Below are positions 11,871 through 25,800 of a DNA stretch of 64,000 nt, piece after piece. Numbering within the stretch: the first letter of the stretch is position 1; every line of letters begins with the position of its first letter. The DNA lies in contig CM120640.1 in NCBI GenBank assembly GCA_051362555.1, forward strand, positions 41,084,788-41,148,787, read 5' to 3'. The notes under the pieces were generated by a model, which was not told the origin of the DNA, searched no databases, and worked only from the letters and a program-made list of their open reading frames with translations. The position numbers were made by a program, and so were the translations under genes. The stretch comes from Lingula anatina. Taxonomy: Eukaryota; Animalia; Brachiopoda.

Positions 11871-12980
11871 GTAAGTTGGTAATTTTTATTTCAATTCGTA
11901 TGGTTTTCGTAACATTTTCGTTGCGAAGGAAACTAGCTGCGCATCCGGAGTTGACTCGTCTTGACTCAAGTTGCAGTCATAATTTCTTTCCTTTTTTGTC
12001 AGCATGTCTTTTCGAAGTTTTGCTAATGCATATGCATTATCAAAAATATGTGTTGCATTGTCGTTAGACATGGAAACGATGACGAACCTTTAAGGGAGGG
12101 CTGAAACATTAGCTGATTAAAATATAGTACATGGTATGATTAACGTTGTTATTGATTTGACGTTCATCGCAGTGGGTTGAAGTCTGCACGGGTCTGAGAC
12201 ATAAAAATCCTGCTCTAGTGTGTTTAACACTAGTATGTTACTTTTATAAACATATATGAGTTTATGAAAATCGTTAATAGATAGAAAATTGAGGAAAATT
12301 ACAGCATTTCTTTTAACTTAACAGGTAAGTTGGTAAACAATGGGGGTTTATGTGAAATTTCAGTGACCACAGCTGTTTCAGTGAAACTTACATACTTTTT
12401 AGTTTTTTTCTGCCTTTCTCATATTGCAGTAAAATCTTTTCAAAAATAAATTGAGGCTAGAAGGGCATATAAATTAAATAAGTCAAGGTACTATAACGTG
12501 ACTGTGACCATTCCCATGATAGACACCATTGTTCTATGTAGATTGATCCAACTCTGTGGGAACTATTGCTATGTACAATCAGCTTAACTCAACGATACAT
12601 TGTGATCTCCTCCTGATGTTGAGTGGAATACAAAAAAGCTGGTGATTATATGAGTGTGTTGGAAACCAAAGGAGGCTTTTCATTCAGTTTAGCTGATTGC
12701 ACTCAGCAAGAGTTCCCCACAGAGTTTGATTGATCTGTGTAGACTGATGATGTCTGTGGGAATGGGGTGTGAGGAGGGCACAAAACATACATCTAAAGTA
12801 CACCAAGTAAACCTGATATTATACACAGCAGCTTGAACAAAAATATTTGGCATGTGTGATAAGGATGATATGCACACTGACATTTAACTCATAATTAAAA
12901 GATGAATCTCAAAGATCTGAAAAGATATGTGCCCTTCTATAGAATTACACCTGTTCATAGTAGGATTATGTATAACGAAT

Positions 12981-13287
12981 GAGGCCATTCAGAATGAGAA
13001 GAGCCGAGTGCTAGCTAAGCCACTACCTAAATATGGCGGACCTGCATGAAAGGAAGACCACTTAATCCTGTAATGGTCTCTTTGCCTGTTACACGGCTTC
13101 TCACGCATCGTCCCTCGACCGGTTAAATTGAGCCGAGATTTAATTACTGTGCCCCTTTAGGGACGACGCAGGGGAGGCGTGTGAGAGAGACCATTACAGG
13201 ATTAAACGGTCTTCCTTTCATGTAGGTCCCGCCATATTTAGGCCATGCCCTAGCTAGCACTTGGCCCTTCTCATTTTGAATGGCCTC
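12981..13287. mobile_element. Foldback MITE, 3-bp AAT TSD (PIF/Harbinger-related)
   Basis: Long imperfect inverted arms (GAGGCCATTCAGAATGAGAAG... / ...CTTCTCATTTTGAATGGCCTC); AAT at 12978-12980 and 13288-13290. Confidence 0.88.
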
Positions 13288-13626
13288 AATATTCAGTAAG
13301 GAATGGAGACAGTTCTCTTGCTCATGGACTCCAGTACTTTCAGGATGTTTAAAACTAAATGGCCTGCATTGTATTATGTTGTATCTTATAGAGGGTACCA
13401 GAAATAGAACTTGTGTATGTTATACTGGTTCTGAACAGTCCTGAAAACACTGTAGAGCCAATAAGCCTGGTACAACATTACAAATGGCCAAATCACATAT
13501 TTGAATTTTGGGAAAATGCCAAGGATGTGCATGATTTTATTAGTATTATATTTTTGAAACAACAGCCTATTCCAAACTTTATGAACTGTGCAATAATAGA
13601 ACAGATCTGTCAGAAGTTTATCTTAG

Positions 13627-13878
13627 ACCCCATTCCCATACCTAGTTCGATCTAGCAGGATCAGTCCATGTCCAAGGGGATTCTTGCTCAGTTGCACTCA
13701 GTTTAAGTGGCTTAGATGTCCGGTAAGCCTACTGAAGCTGCTAAATAAAAGTTACTTACACCCAACAGCTTCAGAAGGCATGCCAGACATCTAAGCCACG
13801 TAAGCTGAGTGCAATTCAGTGAGAATCCCCCAGAGATGGACCAATCCTGCTAGATCAATCTAGGTATGAAAATGGGAT
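13627..13878. mobile_element. Foldback MITE, 5-bp CTTAG TSD (Harbinger/PHIS-related)
   Basis: Nearly whole element palindromic (ACCCCATTCCCATACCTAG... / ...CTAGGTATGAAAATGGGAT); CTTAG at 13622-13626 and 13879-13883. Confidence 0.88.
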
Positions 13879-16688
13879 CTTAGCCTAATTTTTTTTCTGA
13901 TAAAAAAGAGCAAAATAGCATTATTTTTCTGGTAGTCTTTTTAGAATAATGTTTTGGTTGATTTCCTGCTTTGCAAGCCTCATAAAACCTCTCCCAAAGG
14001 ATCTGGAGAATGAGAGCAAAAAGTTTAAGTACTGTATCAATCACATGTAAGTGTACTCTAATGTAATTGTTTCTCTTGAAAAGATGACTGGATCTCACTG
14101 TAAGTTTTTTTTCTCACCCTGAAATGACTAGCATTTTCAGTTTACCCTAATTGAATAAGCAACTTTTATAAGCTTGGCTTCGGTCCTTGATAACTATATT
14201 TTTATTTCCTCACATAACATAATTTTTTAGTTCAGTGTCATCTCTTTTTTTTTTTTATCTTTCTCTTTTTTTTTTGTTTTTGAAACAAAACAAATTGCTG
14301 TAAGTTGTGTTTGGGTATCAGACAATTTTGTGTATTGACTTTGGATTTTTTGTAAGCTGATTTTTGAATCGTTAATATTTTTTATGGCTTCCTGATTGTC
14401 TCTGTTTATTAATCAGTTTCAAAAGTAAAATAATCCGCCTATCTTTGAAATATAAGTGGAAATCTGTGGGTCTTTTAAACCTTTTATATCGCAAACCTGG
14501 GGCTCAGTGCAGATAATCCCAGGGAATATTTGTTCTTCACTCTGTTTTAAAAATTATATACATGGAGAAGAACATGGATTGTTATTGTCTGTTTTGTTTA
14601 AGAAGTTATATATATTAACAAATTTATTGCATACATCTAAAGAAAACCCTCACATATTACAAATAACTAAGTCATTTTTAAATGTATTTTGTGTACGTAA
14701 AAGCATTTATAAGGGTTGTTTCAAATAAATGAAACCCTGGGGTATAATCACTCTAAACCACCATTATCCTCAATGAATTTCATTGTTAAAAATAATTAAA
14801 GAACACAAGAGAATTTTCATAAAAGACATGTCCTGAATTGACTGCAGGGGTCACCAATCAATTCACAATCCTTCAAGGTCAATATTTTGACATTGATGGC
14901 GCTTTTAACCTGAGTGAACCTTTTAAACAACCTGCACATTTATATCATATTCTTGTTTAATTATTATACATTTTACCAAGATTTTCCTCCCAAAGTGCAT
15001 GGTGTCAACTTGCCAATTTGAAGGTTTTTAGGCCGGTAATCTATAGTTTATTCTCTCTTTCCCTTGCCACTTTATTAGCTGGTGTTAATGTCAGGCCTCG
15101 CCTTTGAATAAAGGGTATTATAGCAGGGATATTGTGCAAGGGTCATACAGGAACACTTTTTCAATAAAAAATATCTTATTAAAGAGCTCTGGGGCATATC
15201 ACATTTAAATCTTCTGTAAGTAGCCTTGCCCCATAATAAAAAGCAATGCTTCCCAGGGGTAGGGGAAATGGTGATGGTTCACTTTAATGAAAATGTATCT
15301 TTAGCTAATGAGCAGTTTTTAGTGCAGGTTTTAGTGGAATACAGTACATAAGACTAGGCCACTTACTGCATTGCCAGCTGCAACCTTGGATATATGTTCA
15401 AACAGAGGAGACTTTCAGGGTCAGTTTTAGTATCAGATGAAAAATGTATGCCTAGTTGAACAGATAATAAGCTCAGTTTGGTAATCCTAGAAATTAAAAT
15501 CAGAGGCAAAAGGTCAGGGCATTGCTAAATGCTAGTCTGCGATGAACTTCTCAAGAAGTCTGTTATTGTCATAGGTATGGCAGATATTGTTTACCTTCAA
15601 ATTGTGATGTATCGGTGAAAGATGAATTTATTTGAATGGGGTTTCCTAAAATCAAAGGTATTGTGTGTATGCAATTGCTATTTGTAAGTGATTGCTTACC
15701 AGTGACAGAAATAACATTAATAAAGTGCCCTCCCTCCCTTGTTTTACTTATAAAGGTCTGTAATTTATAAAACTTGATTTGATTTAGTTCCTTCTTTTTG
15801 CATTGTTGATAGCTCTGATGATGAATCTGAAAACTTTTCCTAAACATGTCTAAGACTTCAAAGCTTTAAATGTCAAAACCCTTTACACATGTATTGGAAA
15901 GTTTCAGTAAGAAGCTTACTGTAGTAGGCTTCCTCCTCATCTAGAGTTTCTGATTATTGAAAAATTGCAACGTACTTGTCTTTGATTCCCTATTGTCATT
16001 TGAACATAAATTTATTGAACAAACATTTAAGAAATTCTTTGTTATGGGATTAAAGCTTTGTATGATTGACATGGCCAGACTGTTGGACCTGTAAATCTCA
16101 CTCTTGGCCTTTAAGCCAAATAGATCTCATTCTGTTTCACACTCTGTGATCCGATTGCTATTGAATTTTTTCACATGAAAGATTTCGATATCCAGAGAAT
16201 TAATTCCATTCATGTATATATACCTAAAAGCTAGTGAATGTAGATGAAGATGAAAATGCACTCTTTAACATCATCTATTAAAGCATTTAGTTTGGTTTCA
16301 ATTTTTGTATTGTCAATTTATGGTTCAGTTCAGTCTGTTAGTTGCTATGATATTTGGTTTTAGTTATCCATCAAAATCTTTCTCAAAAGAAAAGCAAAAA
16401 TAAATTTGGCAAGAGATAGGTCTGTTTGCATACAGTTACCAACTGAATTCTGAGTAAGACAGGTCTTGGCTTATTCTGGGGTATCATTTCACATTACTTG
16501 GTAGATGGGGGAGTGATTGATTGTCTTAATGACTAATATCATATTTTGTGGTATAGTGGTAAGTAATGATATTACATTAGTAAGCCATTGTCACTAGCAT
16601 TCTCTATATTTCAGTTTATATAACAAATGTATATATATTTCAGGTGTCTTGAAAGACAGACATCTAGAAGGATAGATCAGACAGAAAG

Positions 16689-16811
16689 ATGCCTAGAGCA
16701 TCATTATTGGACTATGTTCTCCTCCGGGAAATTGGCCAGAGCAATAGGAAGGCTCCTCATATAGCCGAGCAGTATGCTGAGGACTGTGCAGCCAAAGCCA
16801 CATTGAACAAG
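16689..16811 (+). CDS. AMBRA1: AMBRA1 coding exon 1
   Basis: acceptor tttcag| at 16643, ATG 16689; [41 protein letters not shown] (RE.G motif); donor AAG|gtaaga. Confidence 0.85.
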
Positions 16812-19800
16812 GTAAGAATAATTGATAACCTGGGTTGAAGTTTTGATAATAAATGACAATTATTAATTTATTAATATTATTGGTAGTTATGTATTTTTTT
16901 ATGTCTTTGGAATAAGACTTGGCTGGAATTGTTTTATAGTAACATCTTTTTTTGTGCTTTAAAATTTGATATGCCATATTGCTGGAGAGAAAAGAAAAGG
17001 AACATTAAAAGATTTTATGTGCATATAACTGTCATCTTAATATTAATGATGGGAATAGAAATTTGCTCTTGGGAACAAAGACAGCTTGGTAACTGATAAA
17101 GGTGAAGCTGTGTTAATTATAACTTGAACCGTGTTTTTCAAATGTGTACTTTGCATTATTTTTTAAAACATGAATTGCCTTTTCAAGTAGGAAGACAGTG
17201 ATATGACTTTAACAGTACCCATTTCATGTTTTTCTAGACTTATGTGCTAGAACTACTGCATCATAGTTGTTCTAGTCCCATTTATGTACCACCAGTATTA
17301 GCACTGAAGGTGCTTGTTAGTTATTATCATTTTTGTCATACAAAAAATTAATAAATAGATAGAATTATCTAGAAAAGAAATGAAGAATTAAGGTGCTATT
17401 GGGACCCCAGTTGTAAATTGATTTCCATTGTGAAAATACCCATCTTTTTATTTCTAGATATTCTGATCATTGCTGTTGTTATCTGTAGATGCTTAATTTA
17501 AACTGTAAATGGCAAAGGGGGCTTTCTGTTTTTGTTTGGTACGGGCTGTATCCACACATTCAACAGAATACACAATCAGTGCCAAGTGAGGTTAGATAAA
17601 TGGAAAAGCATCAGTTGTAAACAAAAGTAACGGGTCATTCTATACTATGAACAAACACTGAGAGGACAGTTTCAAGAGATTAGCTCTTATCACCTCTATA
17701 TGAAAAACTAGTAAATTGTCTATAAAGTATAGTTGTATGACTGAACAAGAGTTGAGTGTTTTTTCAAGCAAAAGTATATAGTTGATTGGTGAAAATCCCT
17801 TGACCATCGGTATCCTGCATTGAAACTAGTTATATTTCTCCTTTAGGTTACATTGATAGTCCCTACTGCTGTGTATGACAGCGTAATTATACGAGCATTC
17901 TGGCTATGTTTTTTTCAAAAACAAGGTGTCTGTGTCATGTTTTTGCTCTTGAACATACTTTGTCTTCAGGCATACATGTAGGCACCAGTTGTTTGGGATA
18001 TATTTCTTTCATTGTCACATTTAAACATATACTGGTGTACTGAGAAAAATAATTAGGAGCCCAAAAGGTTTATATGAGAAGGAAAAGTGATGGGAAAGTC
18101 ATAAATCATTGTCGAGTCCTTAGTTAACCCATCCCGATTACAGCTGGTTGAAGCGTACTTTTGTATTAACTGGCGTAGGAAACAATTTGATAAGGTTTTT
18201 TATGAATGATGTATGACAGATTTAGTTTCACAGCATAGTTGAGATTTCTGAAAACAGAGAGCTCATTGATGATAATGTGACATTCTTGCTTGCACTGTAG
18301 GAAAATGAACTTTGACTCAGGGTGGCCCTAGAGGATGGGTTGTGGTCAAGGTAATCTGAGGTAAAAGCTGAGGCATATTACCTGGAAATTACATTTACAG
18401 GAATGAGACAGTTTTTTTTTGTATTGATTGGAAATATGTTGCTTATGTTGTCTTTTAAAAAGCACTGGTGGTGATTCATTATTAATAAATAATGTATCAG
18501 GCTTCTTTGACATGAGGATGGTATTGCATAGAAATAGAAAGCAAAAAGAAAAAAATACACTGTCCACTTATAAAGTATCTAAAAACAAGAATAAAAAATG
18601 TCCAAAGTGTAGTGCATATTTTAGAGTATATATCTTTTTTTTTTATTATTTCTGAGCAACAATTTGACTCTTCAGTCACCAAGTTTATTTCAAGTTTATG
18701 TCCAGCACAAGAAAATAGAAAATCTAACTTTTAAAATTATTCTTTGGATAAATGTTAGAATAACAATGAAATAATTATAGATCAAAATACAAAAGGAAGT
18801 CGAGATACTGTGGCTATTGTAGTGTTTTTAAGTCTCCCTGCACTGTTTTGGAGTCCATCAGAAATGTGTTACTATCAAAACTAACCCATAATTATACTGG
18901 CTATTTAGGTTATCATTTTCATTGTAGAATTCTGTTTATATTTTTAGTTTATCTCTTCATGTAGTTTAGCCCTTTGTAGGGATGGAAGCTCCGACTACCA
19001 CTTAATTCTCTGTTGTCTGGGATTATGAATATCAGATTTCTACTGATATGTGTACTGATGTATAATGAAACCTTTATATTTAGTGTGTGCGTGACACGCA
19101 CCCGCAGGTAAGATTTCTGGTTCACAGGGCAGCTGGAAAAAGGTCAATTTTCAACCATTGGGATTGGAGTATTGTTTTGATGTGGAAATAATAGTCGTGT
19201 GACTTTTTAAAAACTTATCCCGTTATTATACATGGTACTGTAAACATTATGCATGACCAGTTTGTGATGGTGTCACAGAGTGCATTTAATGTCACTGGCC
19301 GTAGTTTTTTATTGGCTCTGGGAAAACTGGTTTTGTTAGAGTTTTAAATTTCAATTATTTATTGTTAAGTGTGCTGTCTTGCCTGCACCTGGTGAAGCTG
19401 TGGAATTGAATAACACAAAAAACACTGAAATCTCAGTGAATAACACAATCAAAATAACTCACCCAGAATGTCACTGTTAAGTCAGATAATAATAAAATTT
19501 GCCAGAAGGGGCCCTGGGACTATTAGTTTGATAGACTTATTATCTGGGGTCTCATTATTATACAGTCATTTTATCCATCTTGCCAATGTGTAATTTTCTA
19601 CTAGGGTATTGTATTTAGTAAACTGTTTTCCCAAACCTTTTCCTGCAGTATTTTTAGATGATAAAAGTGTGTCTCTCTTTCTCTTGGCATTTTATTATTA
19701 TTATTTTTTTTTTGTGGACAGATATTATGCTGTAATATTGAATAAAGGCTTAAAAACATACTTTGTGCATTTTCAACATTCAATTGGTTGTTTAGATTGT

Positions 19801-22800
19801 TTCAGTGTCACTGCTTGTATTGGTTTTGTCATTTTTTTATCTGCTCATCTGACCACTGTGCTTTTTTTCTCTTGTTTTTTATAGGTGGGATAAAATGAAT
19901 TTTTTTTCTTTCAGTCTTGCCAACTCAATGAAAATGTGAGAGCCACATTTCTGATGGTATTCAGTCCTGATGGGTAAGTGATATTGAATTGCAATGTATT
20001 ATGGTTATTTATAATGCAAATAGATTTATAACATAACTGAACTGTTTTAAAAGACAAAAAGTATGGAAAAAGCACCATCATGGTCTTTGTTTTACTTCTT
20101 TGGATCTCTTTAATTAGCATTAGTCAACATTTGCTTTACTTTCTTTGATCTCTTTTACTAGCATCAGTTAACAAAGTTGAAGGTTGTAGTATAGTACCTT
20201 CATTGAAAAAAATATATCAAAATGCTTGAGATGGAACTAGGGACAAAAGTATTGAAAAATACTCAAATTCCACATTTATAGTGCTAGATAGAATTCAATT
20301 GAATTGGAATTGTGTAGATATTTTTTCATGCAGAAATTAAACAGTAATCTCGGTAAATAGAATTATCCTAAGATTGATTGCTCAGTTGTGATGACCACTT
20401 CAAGTCCAAGCTGAAAAAAATTTTTGTATCCCTGACAGGTCCAGGATAGCATCCACACATGGTGACCACAGTGTCAGGATCACCAACATATCAACAGGGA
20501 AGTGTGAGCGCACCCTGACTGGACATCCCAGGACACCGTGGTGTGTGGCTTTCCATCCAACCAGCAACAAGATCTTGGGCTCCGGATGCCTGGCTGGAGA
20601 GGTCCGGATATGGGATCTACATGTAAGTCTACTGAGTAGAGTGAATGTATGGGAAAAACCAGGTGTTATCTGGGTGGGTATTGTTTAAAATAGTGTGAAA
20701 AAGGAGACAGGGTTCAAACTCTGCAAAAGGTATTTCTGTGGAATTGTATGAAAACTGAACCTGTATTGAACAAAACCAGAATAGACATAGCATCCCTTTG
20801 TTAAACTATGAAATTATTCTACCAAAGTTTAGATTAAAATGCCTATTTGTAGAATTGTATGAGATGTTTATTTTTGCTAAGTGAAGTACATTCGGTGTTA
20901 TTTTGCAATGTTGATATGTCTTTAGAAATGTAGAAATGTGAGGAGAACTTTGATTGGTAAACACATATTTTGTATGTTTAATTATGAGGAATGACACTGA
21001 AGCCATATACGGGTTCACATTTTAACCACTCCCATCTTTTTCTCAATTATTAAAAGGTTGTAATACTTCACATTCCAGGGTGGTGGCAGTGAGGTATGGA
21101 GGTCAGAGAAAGGCACAGTGATCTCCTCTGTAGCATTCCACCCTACTGAGCAGATCCTGGTGATTGCCACAGGGAACGAGTTGCTGATGTGGAACTGGAA
21201 TGAGGAGCAGCCCAATGTGAGAATTAGTACAGCACATGAGTACGAGAGAGTCAGGTAAGGGCAGTACGGCTACTTTCACACGAATGCTTAAATCAAGACC
21301 TGTTTCCACTGGTGATAAGTTGGCTTATGTAAAATGTGATAACTTACTGGGCCATCTGATAAGGAATATTTAGCTATTTGACTAACTTCAATTACAATAG
21401 AGATGGGCTGGACAAATATAGATTTGATAAGTTTTTCGTGGTTAGAGATTGCAGGATGAAATGACATATAGTGAAGTTGACCCTCTTCTCTGGAAAATGA
21501 CTTCATCTAAATTTTGGAGTACTCCAACATTAACAGATAAAGAGGTTTTAACTTCTGATGCACTGTAGGGGTCCTCTTATGTCTGTGATTTCAGTTTTCA
21601 TTTTGTTTGTTGGGTTCTGAGTATGACCACTGACAGAAAGACAAAACATTATGAGAATATTGACACATGCCTTATAAATTTAGATGATTTTTGATGTGAT
21701 CTTATGGGTAATTTTATGCCAGGAGATTTGACACACTTTTAAAGTGAAAGACGGCCTTGAAGTTTGTCTTCATTTACCTTTTTAAGCAGTAGAACTGAAT
21801 TTCCATTCAATTTACACGGATTAGTGTAAGTAGATTGATTTTATTATCAATGACAGAGTTATTATGGAAATTTCAGGTGGGTGCGCTTCGATCATTTGGG
21901 TCGCTTTCTATACACTGGTATTTGCAATGGTTCTACAGTTCACAGAGATGACAACAATGAGTATTCACACATAGGGTAAGTAGCCTTTTCTCTTGCATTA
22001 TCTGGTTAGACTAGCTTCACAAACACAGGGATTGACCATAACTTTTTTCCATTAAATAAAACAAGGGTTACTTGGTGCAGTAACCCCTGTGATTCTTGAC
22101 CCACGATCAGATTTAAGTGGCCTGGGTCCAACGGGCCACCTTTAACATCAACTTCGAAAAAAAAAAAAAAAAAAAAAAAGAAACTTAAATTGAAAGTTGA
22201 TTTTGATTTTAAGACTGGAAAATATTGCCTATTTTGAGCAGATATAAATCCGTAGCAGTTCTCTTTTATATAAAAACTGAATAACTTAATACAGCCTCAG
22301 GATCTTATGTGTCAAATAGTAATGGAGGGTTCATTGTAATCTGCTGTCTGATAACCTCATTTGGAGTATTTGCTGTTTAAGTACAGTTATGAACATGGTC
22401 TTTGTAGATCTGATGTTAAATTAACTTTTGTTGGAGTAAAGATGAACAAGGCTGTTTATGATTTTTATTTTTAAATTTCTTTAGGGAGCCACCCAGTGAA
22501 AACATAGAAGAAACAAGGGAAGAAGACTCGAGAAGGCTGGCTTTACGGCATCAGTTCTTTGAGTTTTTGGAAAGATACAGATATGAAAGACTGAGAGCAA
22601 GACATTTAGCTGGAGAAGATGCAGATGTCACTAATACAGGTGCTTCATTGGTTCATTTCAATAAGGGTTTTAATATGTAATAAGTATTAAGTATTAATAT
22701 TTCGTGACTCAATTTAACTTGTAGGTTGATATTGATTTGTTTGTTATAAAAAAAAATTGAAAAACTTTTAAGAGGTAGCTTTATCATTGAAATCATAAAA

Positions 22801-25800
22801 TATTAAAAGCATGGTATTAGCTGTAAAGAAATATTTCTGCACTAATCAAAGTGCATTCAGGACCACACTTTTTAAATATTATGTTGAAAAATGATAATTG
22901 TCTTTTTCCAGTGATGCATCAACCGATTCCTCTCCCCCGCCCCACCTCTCCAGCTCATATTCAAGCCTTAGAAGAGGCCAGGCAGTATGCATCTCTTGTC
23001 AGTATGGACAGTAGGTGGCAGCACAGAACAGAGAATAACAACAACAACAACAACAGGAGTCAGCCACAAAGCTCTGAAAGCCTGAACTGGCCAACTCAGC
23101 CTTACAGAGATAGTCCTAGACCCCATCTTCCATCAGCAGAAATGAGAGAGAATTCTGAAGTAGATGATAATGTGTTGCTAGACCAAACCTCTACTACAAG
23201 CAGGCTGTCTAATACAAGCCAGCTAACTGGTGAGATGAGCGCAGCAACTCAGGGTGCTCAATCTCCATGGAGACGGAGACAGCTATTTGATTTTGGGCCA
23301 GGTAGCCTTAGGGCTTCAACACAGAACTCCAGCAGCAGTGGGAACAACGTGTGGAGAAGGAGATCGGCATTCAGCACACACATTCAAAGAAGATCATTTC
23401 TGAACAATGACAACACAGGAGAGGGATTAAGGAGGGTCTCGAATGATGGCCACATTAGTGGAGATGGTGACAGTTTTGGCCTTCACTTTAACAGGCCGAG
23501 GAGTCCATTAACTGAAGCAGACTGGGGTCCATCCACTGCAGGACATGCCCAGGGAAGTAGTGATACACTCCCCATACTAAGATCTCGCTTAAATGTAGTT
23601 GATGCATTAAGAAGGGAAATTGGAGAACACAGGGCCGGGGTAAATAGGCAGAGACGGTATATCATTTTGGGCAGAGTGGATGGAGCCCCTAATGCTGTTG
23701 ATAGTGATGATGAGGCCGGAAGCCATCCTGCTGATTCATCAACAGACAGGCAACAAAACCTGCAGGCAAGTAGAAGTGCCATCAGGAATTTGTCTTTTGG
23801 CGATCCAGAGCAACCAGCAAGAAGAGTTGGTAACCCTCTGTTAAGTTCAAACTCAAACTTGTCTCAGCATAGAAACGAGGGTGAAAGTAACTCAGAAGCA
23901 GACATTGGCTGTCCAGCTATTGTTGTTACCACAAGCCAGGAAGGTCAGCAGCCATCTAGTCAAACAGAAAGTGGAGCTCATAATCAGAACAGAAATGACA
24001 GTTCTGATTTACATTTAACAGACAGAATTCCACTTATTGATACGGGTTCAAATAGTCAGTCAAGTCATACTTTAACAAGCCCACCAGCACAGACTATAGC
24101 AGACACTTCACAAGGAGGCAGCCCCAGTAGGGAACATCCTGACAGCACCAGTTCCACTCAAGATCCATGCAGTGCGCCCACATCACAGAGCGCTACCTAC
24201 AGTCTATTCAGATCACGATACAGCAGGTATTCACACCTAGGTCCAAGTAGTTCTGGTACGGCTAGGTGCAGGTCCTTGTCTTTCCAGAGCAGTCCCCCTG
24301 CCAGGGACTCAGGAAACCAGGGATGTTACAACCTTGCTAGTCAAAACAGTAGTAGTGTCACAACTAGCAGCAACAACAACAGTACCACGACCAGCAATAA
24401 CAGCCATGCATCTATCAGTGATTTGATCAGAGGTGGTAGTGGCAATGACAATCCAAGTGCAAATTCAACTATTGATCTCTCAAACAGCTGCAATAGAGGC
24501 CAAACATATACAGGCACTGGCCTCGGCTCCTCAGGTGGGAACCCACCAGTTACCAGCGGACACCCTCCTGTAGGGGGCACCAGTGGTAGATACTGGCAGA
24601 GCAATGCTAGTAGGCATTATAATATTAGGTCCAGCAGATACTGCACTCTAAGTAGTAGAAATCAGAATAGTAGGGCTAGAGAGCAAGACCCTTTTCTGAG
24701 CAGGGCTGGTGTAGATCTGCCCTGTACTAGTGAAGACCAGCCCAGCACCAGTGCAGGCAGCAGTAGCCATGATTCCAGCAGTCTTCAAACAAGCAGCACA
24801 TCCCAAGACAGCAGTAGTGGCTCAGAGAGTCCATCAGCATGGCGCCCCATGAGAGAAACGCACCGTCAAAGACAAGACAGACTGCGGAACTATCTGGATG
24901 ATATCCGCGGTGGTGGTGGTGGTAGTGGTAGCGGACAGGAACAGAGGATGACAGAGAGGCGGAGGCTATGTCCGCTTCACAGAACATACCACAGTAACTC
25001 TGGTAAGTGTGGCTTTCTGTGGGAAAATAAAGTCAATTTATTTAGAGAAAGAAAAAAGCAAATTAGTATGGATTATGTCATGATTTTTTTCCATTCATAT
25101 GCAGAAGTGTACGAAAAAAAGGTCTCCTCATTGTCTTATGTGGCCGTAGATATTTTTTAAAAGGTATGATTAAAGTCAAGTTGTGCTTTGCTTAAGATTT
25201 TATCTAAATTTAACCCTGTGTTCTTTATCTAGGATTAGAAAGTCATCGCAGCTTGGTAGAGAATGCAAGAGAGCGTGGTCGCTGGAATAGGTGGGAAGCC
25301 AGGCGCAGGGAACTAGACAGGTACAAATGAAAGTTTTTTATATTGAATTGATTTTTTTAAAATTTATTTTGGGTTGAAGAGAGCCATGTTAGACATACAA
25401 ATAAAGGTCTTTGATTTATATCTAGTTGATGAAAACCACTTGTGATTTGTCACCTTGTTAACATGTTGCTGTTTTTAAATACTGTATATTATGTTCAAGG
25501 TTGAGAACTGAGAATGAAAGAAGACAGCAGCAAGCCTGGAGGACACTACAGCGGCGTTACCTGCACCCACACTATTCTGTTAACATTCTGGATGAGGCTA
25601 TCAACCAGCCAAATGATGCCTTCCAGACTGCTATTAATAGGACTATAGCAAGTGAGAGAAAAATATCAGTTGCATTGCCACTGCCAGTTTTAGATATAGT
25701 ATACTGTACATATCTCAACACCTTATTACTGCAGTTATCACTTCAGATGTTTTTCTTTAATGATAACTTTTTGTTTTTCTCTCATTGCAGGTGTGTTTAT

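Noticed and set aside
23483-24987. Minus-strand ORFs of 86-99 aa
   Set aside because: Antisense shadows of the low-complexity AMBRA1 exon.
22851-25160. 769-aa ORF as a standalone intronless gene
   Set aside because: It is AMBRA1 exon 7 plus intronic read-through on both sides; splice sites at 22911 and 25003 join in frame to WD40 exons.
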